Of a stretch of DNA of 64,000 nt, positions 48,855-57,365 are shown piece by piece. Position numbers and translations under genes: made by a program. How positions within the stretch are numbered: the first letter of the stretch is position 1; each line of letters starts with the position of its first letter. Under the pieces are notes generated by a model. The model had not been told where the DNA came from. It worked only from the letters and a program-made list of their open reading frames with translations, and searched no databases. Where the stretch lies: positions 42,370-106,369 of IMG/VR virus record IMGVR_UViG_3300032038_000031; one strand, given 5' to 3'. The DNA is from a virus. Lineage: Duplodnaviria; Heunggongvirae; Uroviricota; Caudoviricetes.

Positions 48855-49769
48855 TTACTTTTTACAATAGTAATAACGACCATCGTGTTCGTCTTTAGAG
48901 ATTAGACGAAGATAATAATAACCTTTATAAGCCCCAGAAGTAATCAATGAAATCATCTTACATTTTATATCTTTCTTTAACACTGTCTTTGTTTCAAAAG
49001 TTTTACCATCTTTACTTAATCTACGAACTGTTTTTCCCGCCTTAATCGTAATAGTTGGATAAGTTGATTTATCATCTTTTTGTAGATGACTATTAGAAAT
49101 CCAATAGCTTTTCTTTTGATAAATTACTTTACTCCAACCACAGCCATCATCTTTAATAACCGATACTCTTGCACCTTTTGGAATAGTAATTTGTTTTTTG
49201 CTACTATTACCTCTTGGGTCAGCTTCATTTTTTGCATATCCACCCGCATTACTTTTTATTAAATAAGTTGAAATAGAATTAGTTGAAATAGCTTGTTTGA
49301 ATTTTTTCCAAATAGAATTATCTGAGCCTAGCCATCCAGACCAGCCAGGACATTGTTTAGAACATACATCGTAGTGTCTAACAACTCTACTAACAGGAAT
49401 ACCATATTTTTTCATTAACTTTTTAGTTAGTTCAACAGTATTATTAAAAGTTGCAGAAGCAATTTTCCCATGTGTAGAACACATTTCTAAACTAATAGAA
49501 TTACCATTAGTGCATTTACCAAATAAATTATTTGCTCCATAATTAACTCCTACTGCCCAAGCAGTGTCTTCAGGAGAAACTACTTCTACGACATTTTTTT
49601 CATCAATAAAATAATGAGCTGACGCATCTCTGTTTACATTATAGAAATAATTAGCATTAGCTTTTGCTGTATCAGTTGTATTACCTGTATAATGAATTAC
49701 TATATACTTTCTTCCAGTATTACCTGAATTATAATTTACTAAAGTGTGCTTTTTTGATAAAGTATACAT
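48855..49769 (-). CDS. endolysin: N-acetylmuramoyl-L-alanine amidase (Amidase_2/PGRP) + C-terminal SH3b wall-binding domain
   Basis: IVIHYTGNTTD...SAHYFID amidase_2 signature; C-terminal SH3-like GARVSVIKDDGCGWSKV; adjacent holin. Confidence 0.75.
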   Translation of the reverse strand: MYTLSKKHTLVNYNSGNTGRKYIVIHYTGNTTDTAKANANYFYNVNRDASAHYFIDEKNVVEVVSPEDTAWAVGVNYGANNLFGKCTNGNSISLEMCSTHGKIASATFNNTVELTKKLMKKYGIPVSRVVRHYDVCSKQCPGWSGWLGSDNSIWKKFKQAISTNSISTYLIKSNAGGYAKNEADPRGNSSKKQITIPKGARVSVIKDDGCGWSKVIYQKKSYWISNSHLQKDDKSTYPTITIKAGKTVRRLSKDGKTFETKTVLKKDIKCKMISLITSGAYKGYYYLRLISKDEHDGRYYYCKK

Positions 49770-49772
49770 ATA

Positions 49773-50090
49773 TCATTTACCCCCTTTTGAACCAATTTGC
49801 TTAATAGTTTGTACAATTTTATCATATCCTAACATAGAAGCTAGACTAGAAGCTAATCCCATTAATATCACACAAATAATATTAATACAAGTAAATTCTA
49901 TACCTCCAAAGATATAATAAATAATAGTACCTCCAACTCCTACAATTACTGCAACAATAGTAGCAAGAATATTACTTGAAAAATGAATATTTTCTTTTTG
50001 TAAAAAAGTCTTTATACCTTCTGTAATAATACTTGAAACTGTTGATACAATAGTTAAGATAATTAAAAAAAGTTGAATAGTCATGAACAT
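49773..50090 (-). CDS. holin
   Basis: 105 aa, 3 predicted TM helices, charged C-terminus, immediately upstream of endolysin. Confidence 0.65.
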   Translation of the reverse strand: MFMTIQLFLIILTIVSTVSSIITEGIKTFLQKENIHFSSNILATIVAVIVGVGGTIIYYIFGGIEFTCINIICVILMGLASSLASMLGYDKIVQTIKQIGSKGGK

Positions 50091-50096
50091 GCCTCC

Positions 50097-50483
50097 TTAA
50101 ACTATATCACTGTCTTCATATTTAGTATCATTATTATTTTCATCTATTGTTTCATCATTATTATCTATTAATGCTTTTGTTTTATTATTTTTTATTTTTT
50201 GTTTGTTTTCTGTTGCGGCTTTAATTAAATATCCAAGGATCCCGCCCGTAATAGGGATTCCAATAAATTCATAATAAGGAGCCATTTCTACTTGTTCTGG
50301 AGAAGCAATAGCGAAATAAGAATTTAGTACTAAACCATAAACCATAACAATAAGCCAAATAAAAATAATGATAGTAATAATAATTTTAGAAAATTCTTTT
50401 AAATGATTTCTTTTTTTCTTATAGTTGGGCTTTTTCTTATTAGTTTTTTTCATTATATTTTTACCCCCTTTATAAAAAATCAA
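50097..50483 (-). CDS. small membrane protein (possible second holin/antiholin); true start probably MKKTNKK at ~50453
   Basis: basic N-terminus, 2 TM segments, acidic C-terminus. Confidence 0.4.
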   Translation of the reverse strand: MIFYKGGKNIMKKTNKKKPNYKKKRNHLKEFSKIIITIIIFIWLIVMVYGLVLNSYFAIASPEQVEMAPYYEFIGIPITGGILGYLIKAATENKQKIKNNKTKALIDNNDETIDENNNDTKYEDSDIV

Positions 50484-50565
50484 AATATAAAGAAAAAAAT
50501 TAATTATTTTTGTCCATAAAAAAAACAGATACTAAATTCATTAGTATCTGTTAATTTACATTGTT

Positions 50566-51075
50566 TTATTTTTCTAGTATTTTTTTAAGTCTATTGATAA
50601 ATACAGATTTATCTTTAGCTTGAGAGGCTTTTTCTTTTAATAGTCTTGCTTCATTAATTCTATTAATTCTTCTTTCAGGGGATTCTTTAATTCGTTTATA
50701 TAAAGTTGTAATAGCATTTTGAATAAAGATCTTTTCTTGTTTTACTTTGAATAAATAAGGTTTAATTTTTTTATTTTCTTTATTTAATTCTGCTATTTGC
50801 AATATTTTTATTTGCCCATTTAGAATTTTCTTTTTATCTCTTAATGCCAAAAGTAAAGCTTTATCAATAGCTAATTCTTCCCCAAACAACGGTGATTCAT
50901 ATGCTTCATCTTCTGGATGTAATTTAGAAATACCTCTATATCTTCCATATGGTGTTACAACAGTAGCAAAACCAGAGTGTAGCATTTTAGAATATTCACT
51001 ATGTTCTACTTCATACTTAAAACATTGAGTTTTATCTTCATTATAAAATACATACATATTTTTCTTTTTCTTCAT
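50566..51075 (-). CDS. hypothetical protein
   Basis: 169 aa ORF. Confidence 0.4.
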   Translation of the reverse strand: MKKKKNMYVFYNEDKTQCFKYEVEHSEYSKMLHSGFATVVTPYGRYRGISKLHPEDEAYESPLFGEELAIDKALLLALRDKKKILNGQIKILQIAELNKENKKIKPYLFKVKQEKIFIQNAITTLYKRIKESPERRINRINEARLLKEKASQAKDKSVFINRLKKILEK

Positions 51076-51613
51076 TATTTATTTAACTCCTTGTTTTTTA
51101 AAAAATTATAAATAAACTCCAAAGAAACTGGAGTATTATTATTACTATCAATTCCTACATGGTATCCAAGAATATTTGGATTAATCGAATTAGTTTGATG
51201 AGTATGACCATATAAAGAAAAAACTTTATTATAATCATAATTATAAGTTAATTGCGGATAATGACTTAATAGGAAAATTTTCTTTTTATATTTTATTACA
51301 TCCATATAAGTAATATTTTCAAAAATTTGATTATTCTTATAAAATTCAACTTTTTTATCTGTATCGTGATTTCCTCTAATTAAAATCTTCTTCCCATTTA
51401 ATGATGTTAAATAAGACTTAATTTTTTCTAAATCATTTCCTAAAGCCATATCTCCTAAAATGTATACTACATCTTCAGGAAGTACAACTTGATTCCATTT
51501 TTCAATTAAATCATTATTCATTTCTTCAACATTATTATATCCTCTTGCTTGATAGATAAAACTTTTATCGTGGCACAGTCACAGATGCAAATCTGAAGTA
51601 AACCAAATTTGCA
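51075..51613 (-). CDS. calcineurin-like metallophosphoesterase with in-frame TGA at codon 12 (possible pseudogene, recoding or sequence error)
   Basis: ATG at 51613 after AGGAGGTGA gives MQIWFTSDLHL*LCHD..EEMNNDLIEKWN..ILGDMA..GNHD..GHTH; motif I (SDLHL) lies upstream of the TGA; TGA sits in 6-bp near-duplication ctgtga|ctgtgc. Confidence 0.5.
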
Positions 51614-51617
51614 TAAA

Positions 51618-51843
51618 ATCACCTCCTTATTGGAGTAGTAATAGCATCTATACTATTCATTCCATTTCTTATTCTTGCATTTACTGTTGCTTGTTTTATA
51701 TTATAAATTTTACACCATTCTGATATGCTATGTCTTACACCTTCTATTACAGGATGTCTTTTTTCATATTCATTAATAACATCATCTATTGTTAATTCAG
51801 AAGTATCAATAATGTTTCCATTAGATATTATTCCATCCTCCTT
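51618..51843 (-). other. 74-codon start-less ORF in same frame as PNK, separated from it by a single TAA; HTH/NUMOD-like
   Basis: KEDGIISNGNIIDTSELTIDDVINEYEKRHPVIEGVRHSISEWCKIYNIKQATVNARIRNGMNSIDAITTPIRR*; no ATG/GTG/TTG in frame; its TGA overlaps RBS of next gene. Confidence 0.35.
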
Positions 51844-52410
51844 TTAAAATGTTTCCTCAGAAGACTTCCATTCAATAAATGTTGGCTCATTCGCCCCTTT
51901 TAAATTTTTCTGAATGTGGTATCCATGAGGGTTAGTTAATACTTTATATATTGCTTGTATTTTATTATCTTCATTAAAAAGTGGCATACAAATAGTATTA
52001 GCCATTGATAGCATAACAGAATTAGGAACTTTCAATCTACCTTTTCTTTTATCATTTCTTTGACTACAAACTTTTAATGGAGTATTCATTACAAAATAAA
52101 TAATTCGATAATTTGTTAAAAAATAATCAATATTTTTTAATACTTTTTTTCTAGATTGTTTAGATAGATGTGTAGCATCTAATAAAACATTAGTATTCTC
52201 TTGTAAAGATAAAACTGCTGAATTAATAAATTCTCTAAATACTAAATCTTCTTTATCAAAATAGCCATCTTCATCTTTTATTTTAGAAAAACGAATATCA
52301 TCTCTTGAAATATATGTATAATGAAAATATTCACAAAATTTCTTTGCAAAAGTAGTTTTTCCAGAGCCAGGGATACCGACCATTAAAGCTAAAATAGGTT
52401 TATTACTCAT
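51844..52410 (-). CDS. polynucleotide 5'-kinase (T4 Pnk kinase-domain-like P-loop protein)
   Basis: ILALMVGIPGSGKTTFA Walker A, D..R, 188 aa kinase-only. Confidence 0.6.
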   Translation of the reverse strand: MSNKPILALMVGIPGSGKTTFAKKFCEYFHYTYISRDDIRFSKIKDEDGYFDKEDLVFREFINSAVLSLQENTNVLLDATHLSKQSRKKVLKNIDYFLTNYRIIYFVMNTPLKVCSQRNDKRKGRLKVPNSVMLSMANTICMPLFNEDNKIQAIYKVLTNPHGYHIQKNLKGANEPTFIEWKSSEETF

Positions 52411-52774
52411 TATTCTTCTCCTTTAAACAAATATTTTTTTTATTTGTATTCCAACATTTTCCATCAATACAACATAAACATTTTTGTTCTGTACAAATTG
52501 GTAAATCTTCTACTGGGATTCTTTGTCCATCTTCTGTAAAACGACCTAATTTAAACTCCATTAAAAAATTCTGATAAGAATAATTACTAAAAGGTCTTAT
52601 TTCACAATGATTTGTTTCTTTTTTACAATGAATACAATATAATTTTTTTAAATGACCAGATTCTCTAAAAGCATTTTTCTTTCTTGGAATAGGAATACCT
52701 TTATTGCCACACTGAGTACAATAGAAATCAGAAATCAACATATTATTTACTTTACACATAATTAAACACCTCAT
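52403..52774 (-). CDS. Zn-ribbon protein (start likely MRCLIM.. at 52774)
   Basis: CTQCGNKG...CIHCKKETNHC; listed N-terminal 32 aa is translated promoter/leader repeat (IFFKKNDIIIIENK). Confidence 0.4.
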   Translation of the reverse strand: MRCLIMCKVNNMLISDFYCTQCGNKGIPIPRKKNAFRESGHLKKLYCIHCKKETNHCEIRPFSNYSYQNFLMEFKLGRFTEDGQRIPVEDLPICTEQKCLCCIDGKCWNTNKKNICLKEKNNE

Positions 52775-52806
52775 ATTTTTATTTCTTTTCTTATTTTCTA
52801 TAATAA

Positions 52807-52834
52807 TTATATCATTTTTTTTAAAAAAAATCAA
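52807..52834 (-). promoter_or_regulatory. phage promoter family copy
   Basis: TTGATTttttttaaaaaaaaTGATATAAT. Confidence 0.55.
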
Positions 52835-52837
52835 AAA

Positions 52838-52864
52838 ATAAGAGGAGTTTAAACTCCTCTTATT
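52838..52864 (-). terminator. rho-independent terminator after SPFH gene
   Basis: aagaggagtttaaactcctctt perfect hairpin then U-tract (minus strand). Confidence 0.7.
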
Positions 52865-52866
52865 CA

Positions 52867-53772
52867 TCACTTGGTTGAAATATTAAATAGCATATTAGAA
52901 TCTGTTCCACTAATAAATTTAGGCATTACACCATTCCATTTATTAATATATTCTTCTTGTAGAATTTTATTAGTAATAGATTTTTCTTTCATTTCATTAG
53001 CCTGTTTTTCAGCTTTTGCGGCAATTAGCTTAGCATCAGCATTAGCCTGAGCCTCAGTTCTCTTTACTTTAGCATCAGCTTCTGCTTTAGCAATATTCTT
53101 TTCATTCTGAATTGACTGCTTTTCAGATTCAAGCTGAGCTTTTTGCTTATCCGCAACAGCTTTATTATAACTCTTTGAAAAGTTTGCACTTAAAACAACT
53201 ACTTTATTAATAATTACTACTCCATCGCCATATTTATTATTCAATGACTTTTGAATATAGCTTGTAACAATAGGCTCTAATACGGCACGGTTTGTAGCAT
53301 CTGTATCATTTAGTGTTTTTGATGTAGATTTAATCGCTGATCCTACAATATCAGAAGAAATAAGATTATCTTCATAATCTGTTACATTAGCGAAAATCCA
53401 AGCTGATTTGCTTGGAGCAATATGATATGTAACAGTAATATCATTATAATAAATTTCTGTTCTTTTGCTTGTTTCTGCGGAAATCTTGTCTGTAAATTTA
53501 ATATCTGTTAATTTATTATTAATAGTTTCTATACTCTGAACAAAAGGAATCTTCCAATGGAAACCATCTTTTAGAGTATTTTCATCAATTTGCTTAAAAG
53601 TAGTTCTTACACCTGTATAATTAGTAGGAATAATTATAAAACTATTAATTACAAAGCCAATTACTACTAAAGCTCCAGCAATTCCATAAAAAATCTTACT
53701 ATGTTTATAATATCCATATACAACAGCCAAAACTGCCAATAAAATTAGTAAAACAAAAGCAATAAGTATCAT
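52867..53772 (-). CDS. SPFH/band-7 (prohibitin/HflK-like) membrane protein
   Basis: N-terminal TM helices; TGVRTTFKQIDENTLKDGFHWKIPFVQSIETI ~ SPFH core; Ala/Lys/Glu-rich coiled C-terminus. Confidence 0.6.
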   Translation of the reverse strand: MILIAFVLLILLAVLAVVYGYYKHSKIFYGIAGALVVIGFVINSFIIIPTNYTGVRTTFKQIDENTLKDGFHWKIPFVQSIETINNKLTDIKFTDKISAETSKRTEIYYNDITVTYHIAPSKSAWIFANVTDYEDNLISSDIVGSAIKSTSKTLNDTDATNRAVLEPIVTSYIQKSLNNKYGDGVVIINKVVVLSANFSKSYNKAVADKQKAQLESEKQSIQNEKNIAKAEADAKVKRTEAQANADAKLIAAKAEKQANEMKEKSITNKILQEEYINKWNGVMPKFISGTDSNMLFNISTK

Positions 53773-53879
53773 TCAGTTATGTCCTCTCTTTCAATATAAT
53801 TAATTAAGTTATTAATAATTGCTCTATTTTGATTTTTAAATAATGGTGTAACTTCTGGAATTGTCCATCCCTTTCCCCT

Positions 53880-54605
53880 TTAATTAATCTTAATAATTTT
53901 ATTATATAAAAGATAAGCATTATATTTTAATTGCTTATCATCGTGAAAGTGACCAAAGAACCATTGTTTATAATTAATTTTGTTTTTAACTTTCTCTAAA
54001 AAATGTTCCATTGTATAATCTTCTTTTAAATCTGGTATTTTTAAAAATAAATATTGAAGTTGAGATAACCAAGAGAAAGGTGCGGTATGAGAAAAAACAA
54101 AATCAAACTGATTAGAAATATTATCTATCGCCATTAAAATATCTTCTTGTTCTTCTTTAGATAGCTGTTCTGTTTCAAACCATTTCCATCCCATAAGTAA
54201 TCTATATTCTTTATCTATTGAATAAGCTCCGCCAATACCTAAACAAGAAAACTTATCAATTTTAAAAATACCATCTACTGGAAAAATAACATTAGAAGCA
54301 ATTTTATTTACATATCCATAACATTGAAATTTTTCTATCCATTCATAAGTATAAGCTTTCTCTTGTGTTATACAATCAATGGTATCTTGAGGTCTTTTTT
54401 CGTGATTGCCGTTAATACAAATTAATGTAATAGGAATTTCCGCAAGTTTTTTAAAATTACAGTGTTCTCTTAAATCCTCATTACAATTTAAACCAATATC
54501 TCCAAGAAGTACTATTACATCTTCTTTTGAAGTATTAGCATTTTTACAAAAAGAAATTAAAAAGTTTAAATCTCCATGACAATCACCCTTTACAAAAATT
54601 TGCAT
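53880..54605 (-). CDS. calcineurin-like metallophosphoesterase
   Basis: KGDCHGD, LGDIG, NGNHE, GHFH motifs. Confidence 0.65.
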   Translation of the reverse strand: MQIFVKGDCHGDLNFLISFCKNANTSKEDVIVLLGDIGLNCNEDLREHCNFKKLAEIPITLICINGNHEKRPQDTIDCITQEKAYTYEWIEKFQCYGYVNKIASNVIFPVDGIFKIDKFSCLGIGGAYSIDKEYRLLMGWKWFETEQLSKEEQEDILMAIDNISNQFDFVFSHTAPFSWLSQLQYLFLKIPDLKEDYTMEHFLEKVKNKINYKQWFFGHFHDDKQLKYNAYLLYNKIIKIN

Positions 54606-54626
54606 TCTAAAACTCCTTTCTCAACT

Positions 54627-54655
54627 TTCTATATATATTATAACAAAATTTTTAT
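54627..54655 (-). promoter_or_regulatory. phage promoter family copy (40-bp block also at 59117-59157)
   Basis: TTGATTtttaataaaaattttgTTATAAT. Confidence 0.5.
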
Positions 54656-54770
54656 TAAAAATCAAAAAAATATTATTCAGATCGAAAGAAAGATATTGTT
54701 AAATCTTTTGCTTCTTTACAAAAGTCACATTTAGAAGATAACCATTCTCTCATACAATCTGCACAATTAG

Positions 54771-55148
54771 TCATTTAATATCCTCCATAGGTTGTTTCCA
54801 ACAACTTACACAATCTTGGCAGTTCTCGCAATCAATATTTGGGTATAATTGTATAACACAAATTTCAGGGCATCCACCCTCACCGAGTTCTGCATTTGGA
54901 TATTTTTTTAAAAAATCATCTAAATAAGTATGAAAAGGATGCTTTTCAATCCATTTTACTACTTTATTATAAATAGTTTCATTTGAACATTCTAATAATG
55001 TACATTTAGGCTCTACCCTTTTAAAGTCGGTTTCCATAATAACAAAAGGACAGCTTTGACAATTATCTTTTCTACAAGTAGTACACATCTTTTTAAATGC
55101 GGTAAGAAAAATTTTAGTTTCTTTATAATCCATAAAAGATACCTCCAT
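54771..55148 (-). CDS. Cys-rich protein (14 Cys)
   Basis: CTTCRKDNCQSCPF...CPEICV...CENCQDCVSCW; followed by ATGA-coupled 33-aa CxxC..CxxC micro-ORF (54664..54774). Confidence 0.45.
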   Translation of the reverse strand: MEVSFMDYKETKIFLTAFKKMCTTCRKDNCQSCPFVIMETDFKRVEPKCTLLECSNETIYNKVVKWIEKHPFHTYLDDFLKKYPNAELGEGGCPEICVIQLYPNIDCENCQDCVSCWKQPMEDIK

Positions 55149-55196
55149 ATAGTTTTTTCAATATTTTTTTATTTCTTTTCTTATTTTCTATATATA

Positions 55197-55225
55197 TTAT
55201 ATAATATTTTTTAAAAAAAATCAAT
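55197..55225 (-). promoter_or_regulatory. phage promoter family copy overlapping upstream terminator arm
   Basis: TTGATTttttttaaaaaatattaTATAAT. Confidence 0.5.
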
Positions 55226-55252
55226 AGTTTTTATATATTAAAAACTATTGAT
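55222..55252 (-). terminator. rho-independent terminator after RNA ligase gene
   Basis: caatagtttttaatatataaaaactattg hairpin + U-tract. Confidence 0.65.
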
Positions 55253-55258
55253 TTATAC

Positions 55259-56554
55259 TTATTCAATTTTAAAATCTTCTTCAGCTTCTTCTATATCTGG
55301 AGTTACCGCATTATCTTTTATAATACCTTCTAAAATCTTAAATTCCAAATTTTTATGTTTATATGCAGTAAAAATAGGTTTATTTACTACTCTAACTACA
55401 ACCCCTTCTCTAATATGAGTTTTCCCGATTGGATCAGCACCTACAGAAAACATTTCAGCAAGTTCCATAATATCTCCAATATTATTCTCTGTAACAACAA
55501 GAGTTAAAAGATGAGGAACACAATCTACCCCCATTTGTTTACATCTGTATCGCATAAATTCAGGTGTATATTCTACAACTTCTCCATCTTCATTAGTCAT
55601 AGTCATTCTATAGACATAAGCATGACAAGAACCAATAGGTTCTCCATAATTAAAAACTGTCTTTTCTCCATAGCGATTAATAAAATCTTGACCAATCTTT
55701 TTATTATCACAAGAAGCCATAATAGGAGTATCATCATGTACATATCCCACTACTTCATAATAAACAGTTTCTCCAAACCACAATTTATTTTTAAAAATTT
55801 CTGCGGTTTTTATTCTAAAATCTTGAGTACCATAAAACCCTTCATTGTTATTATTTACTATTGTGCGGCGAGTACCAGTAATATAATCTTTTTTATAAAT
55901 TGGAGAACCCTCTCTATGAAAAATTCTATCTAAGAAACTTCTTTTATAACCTTTTAAAACTGGTAAATATCCTGTTCTTTGACTTGTTCCATGCATTTTA
56001 ATAGAAAAGTCTAGAATATCCCCAACTTTAATATTATTGATATAATAAGCTAATTGTTCAGTATCTTTATGCTCTTGGAATAAAGGAGCTATATTTATTT
56101 TCTTTTTAGTTTTTTTAGGAATATTTAGATTTGGACGAGAATGAGCTTTATGCTTTGGGATGTACTTAGTTGCAATAACAACCCCATTAAAAGTTTCTAC
56201 CTGTTCCCCTTCTTTTAATAAAGATATATCTCCAAAAGGAGCTAAACACTTTAATGGAAGGAAAAGTCCATCTGAAGGTTCTCCTCTTAATTTAACAGTT
56301 GTTACATGTCTTTTCTTAGGGTCTAAATATCCGCCAATATTTTTACCATTTTCATCTAATTGCCTTAATAAATTGTTTTGCATACAAAAATCATAATTTA
56401 ATTGTCCATCTGTTGGGAAATAAACTCCTAAATCACCTTCTTTAAATGTATTATCAACACAAACAGTATTACCAAAGCAATCTGCTAATGTTAATCTATC
56501 TGCATTCGGATGAGGACGAACATTTTTTAATCTAGTTACATAACAATGATACAT
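55259..56554 (-). CDS. ATP-dependent RNA ligase (Rnl2/Rnl5-like) with N-terminal tRNA-binding OB (EMAP/Trbp111/CsaA-like) domain
   Basis: N-term VRPHPNADRLTLADCFGNTVCVDNTF (HPNADkL tRNA_bind signature); motif I SIKMHGTS (KxHGxN), later EVVGYV, NEDGEVVEY, EGVVVRV..KHK ligase motifs. Confidence 0.6.
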   Translation of the reverse strand: MYHCYVTRLKNVRPHPNADRLTLADCFGNTVCVDNTFKEGDLGVYFPTDGQLNYDFCMQNNLLRQLDENGKNIGGYLDPKKRHVTTVKLRGEPSDGLFLPLKCLAPFGDISLLKEGEQVETFNGVVIATKYIPKHKAHSRPNLNIPKKTKKKINIAPLFQEHKDTEQLAYYINNIKVGDILDFSIKMHGTSQRTGYLPVLKGYKRSFLDRIFHREGSPIYKKDYITGTRRTIVNNNNEGFYGTQDFRIKTAEIFKNKLWFGETVYYEVVGYVHDDTPIMASCDNKKIGQDFINRYGEKTVFNYGEPIGSCHAYVYRMTMTNEDGEVVEYTPEFMRYRCKQMGVDCVPHLLTLVVTENNIGDIMELAEMFSVGADPIGKTHIREGVVVRVVNKPIFTAYKHKNLEFKILEGIIKDNAVTPDIEEAEEDFKIE

Positions 56555-56573
56555 ATTTTTTCTCCTTTATTTT

Positions 56574-57365
56574 TTAGTAATAATATAAACCAATCATTAC
56601 CTGTGCATATGCGGAAAATACATTTGTTCTAAATTTAGTTAATAAATGATTAAATTTATCATCATTTCCTTCTGGCACTAAAGTAAAACGACTTTCTAAA
56701 GACCAAACATCTGTTACAATTTTTTGAGATAAGGAAATAGCTTCTTTAGGGGTTATAAGTCCCTCTTTAATTTTAAAATATTCTTCTCTATCACAAGATT
56801 GTAAGCAATCTTTAAAATTACAACCATAATAATAAGTAAAAATAAGATCCCTTAAAAAGTACATATGAGCAAGATCTTTAGTATAATACACTTTTTCATC
56901 AGCTAATGAAGAGTTATGAATTTTACTGTCTAATGATCTTATCATTCCAAAAACAGCATTATAAAATTTTATTGGATGCCAATAAGCTAAATCTTCTCGT
57001 TTTTGTTTTAGCATATTCCAATAATCTTCATAATAAGAATCAATAATATAATAATCTGTAAATAACAATTCTAAATAATTAAGACTTTTATTAAAAAATT
57101 TTGGTAATAATCTATAATCAATAATATTAATCTGGTCTTTACCAAAAGCAATTATCTCATTGCGGGGCTGCTGTGTGCTTGTAATTTCTTCAAAACTTGG
57201 AATAATTATTACTTTTGAATCAATATCTGATTGACTATTATCAAGGTTATAATTTTGACTTCCAATTAAAAATGTCCCTAAGATTCCTGTCTTTTCAGAC
57301 AAAAATCTTTTAGCACATTTCTGATGCTGTTCTAACCTATTTAAAATTTTTTCTTTTTTAGTCAT
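56574..57365 (-). CDS. minimal nucleotidyltransferase (Pol-beta superfamily)
   Basis: LIGSQNYNLDNSQSDIDSKVII = hG[GS]x9-13Dh[DE]h signature. Confidence 0.55.
   Translation of the reverse strand: MTKKEKILNRLEQHQKCAKRFLSEKTGILGTFLIGSQNYNLDNSQSDIDSKVIIIPSFEEITSTQQPRNEIIAFGKDQINIIDYRLLPKFFNKSLNYLELLFTDYYIIDSYYEDYWNMLKQKREDLAYWHPIKFYNAVFGMIRSLDSKIHNSSLADEKVYYTKDLAHMYFLRDLIFTYYYGCNFKDCLQSCDREEYFKIKEGLITPKEAISLSQKIVTDVWSLESRFTLVPEGNDDKFNHLLTKFRTNVFSAYAQVMIGLYYY

Noticed and set aside
51578-51580. TGA recoding (selenocysteine, or code 4 TGA=Trp) for the in-frame stop in the phosphoesterase
   Set aside because: TGA terminates other genes here (e.g. 54771) and Trp is encoded by TGG throughout. The TGA sits in an apparent 6-bp duplication that also adds residues absent from homologs. 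Mutation or error is more parsimonious.
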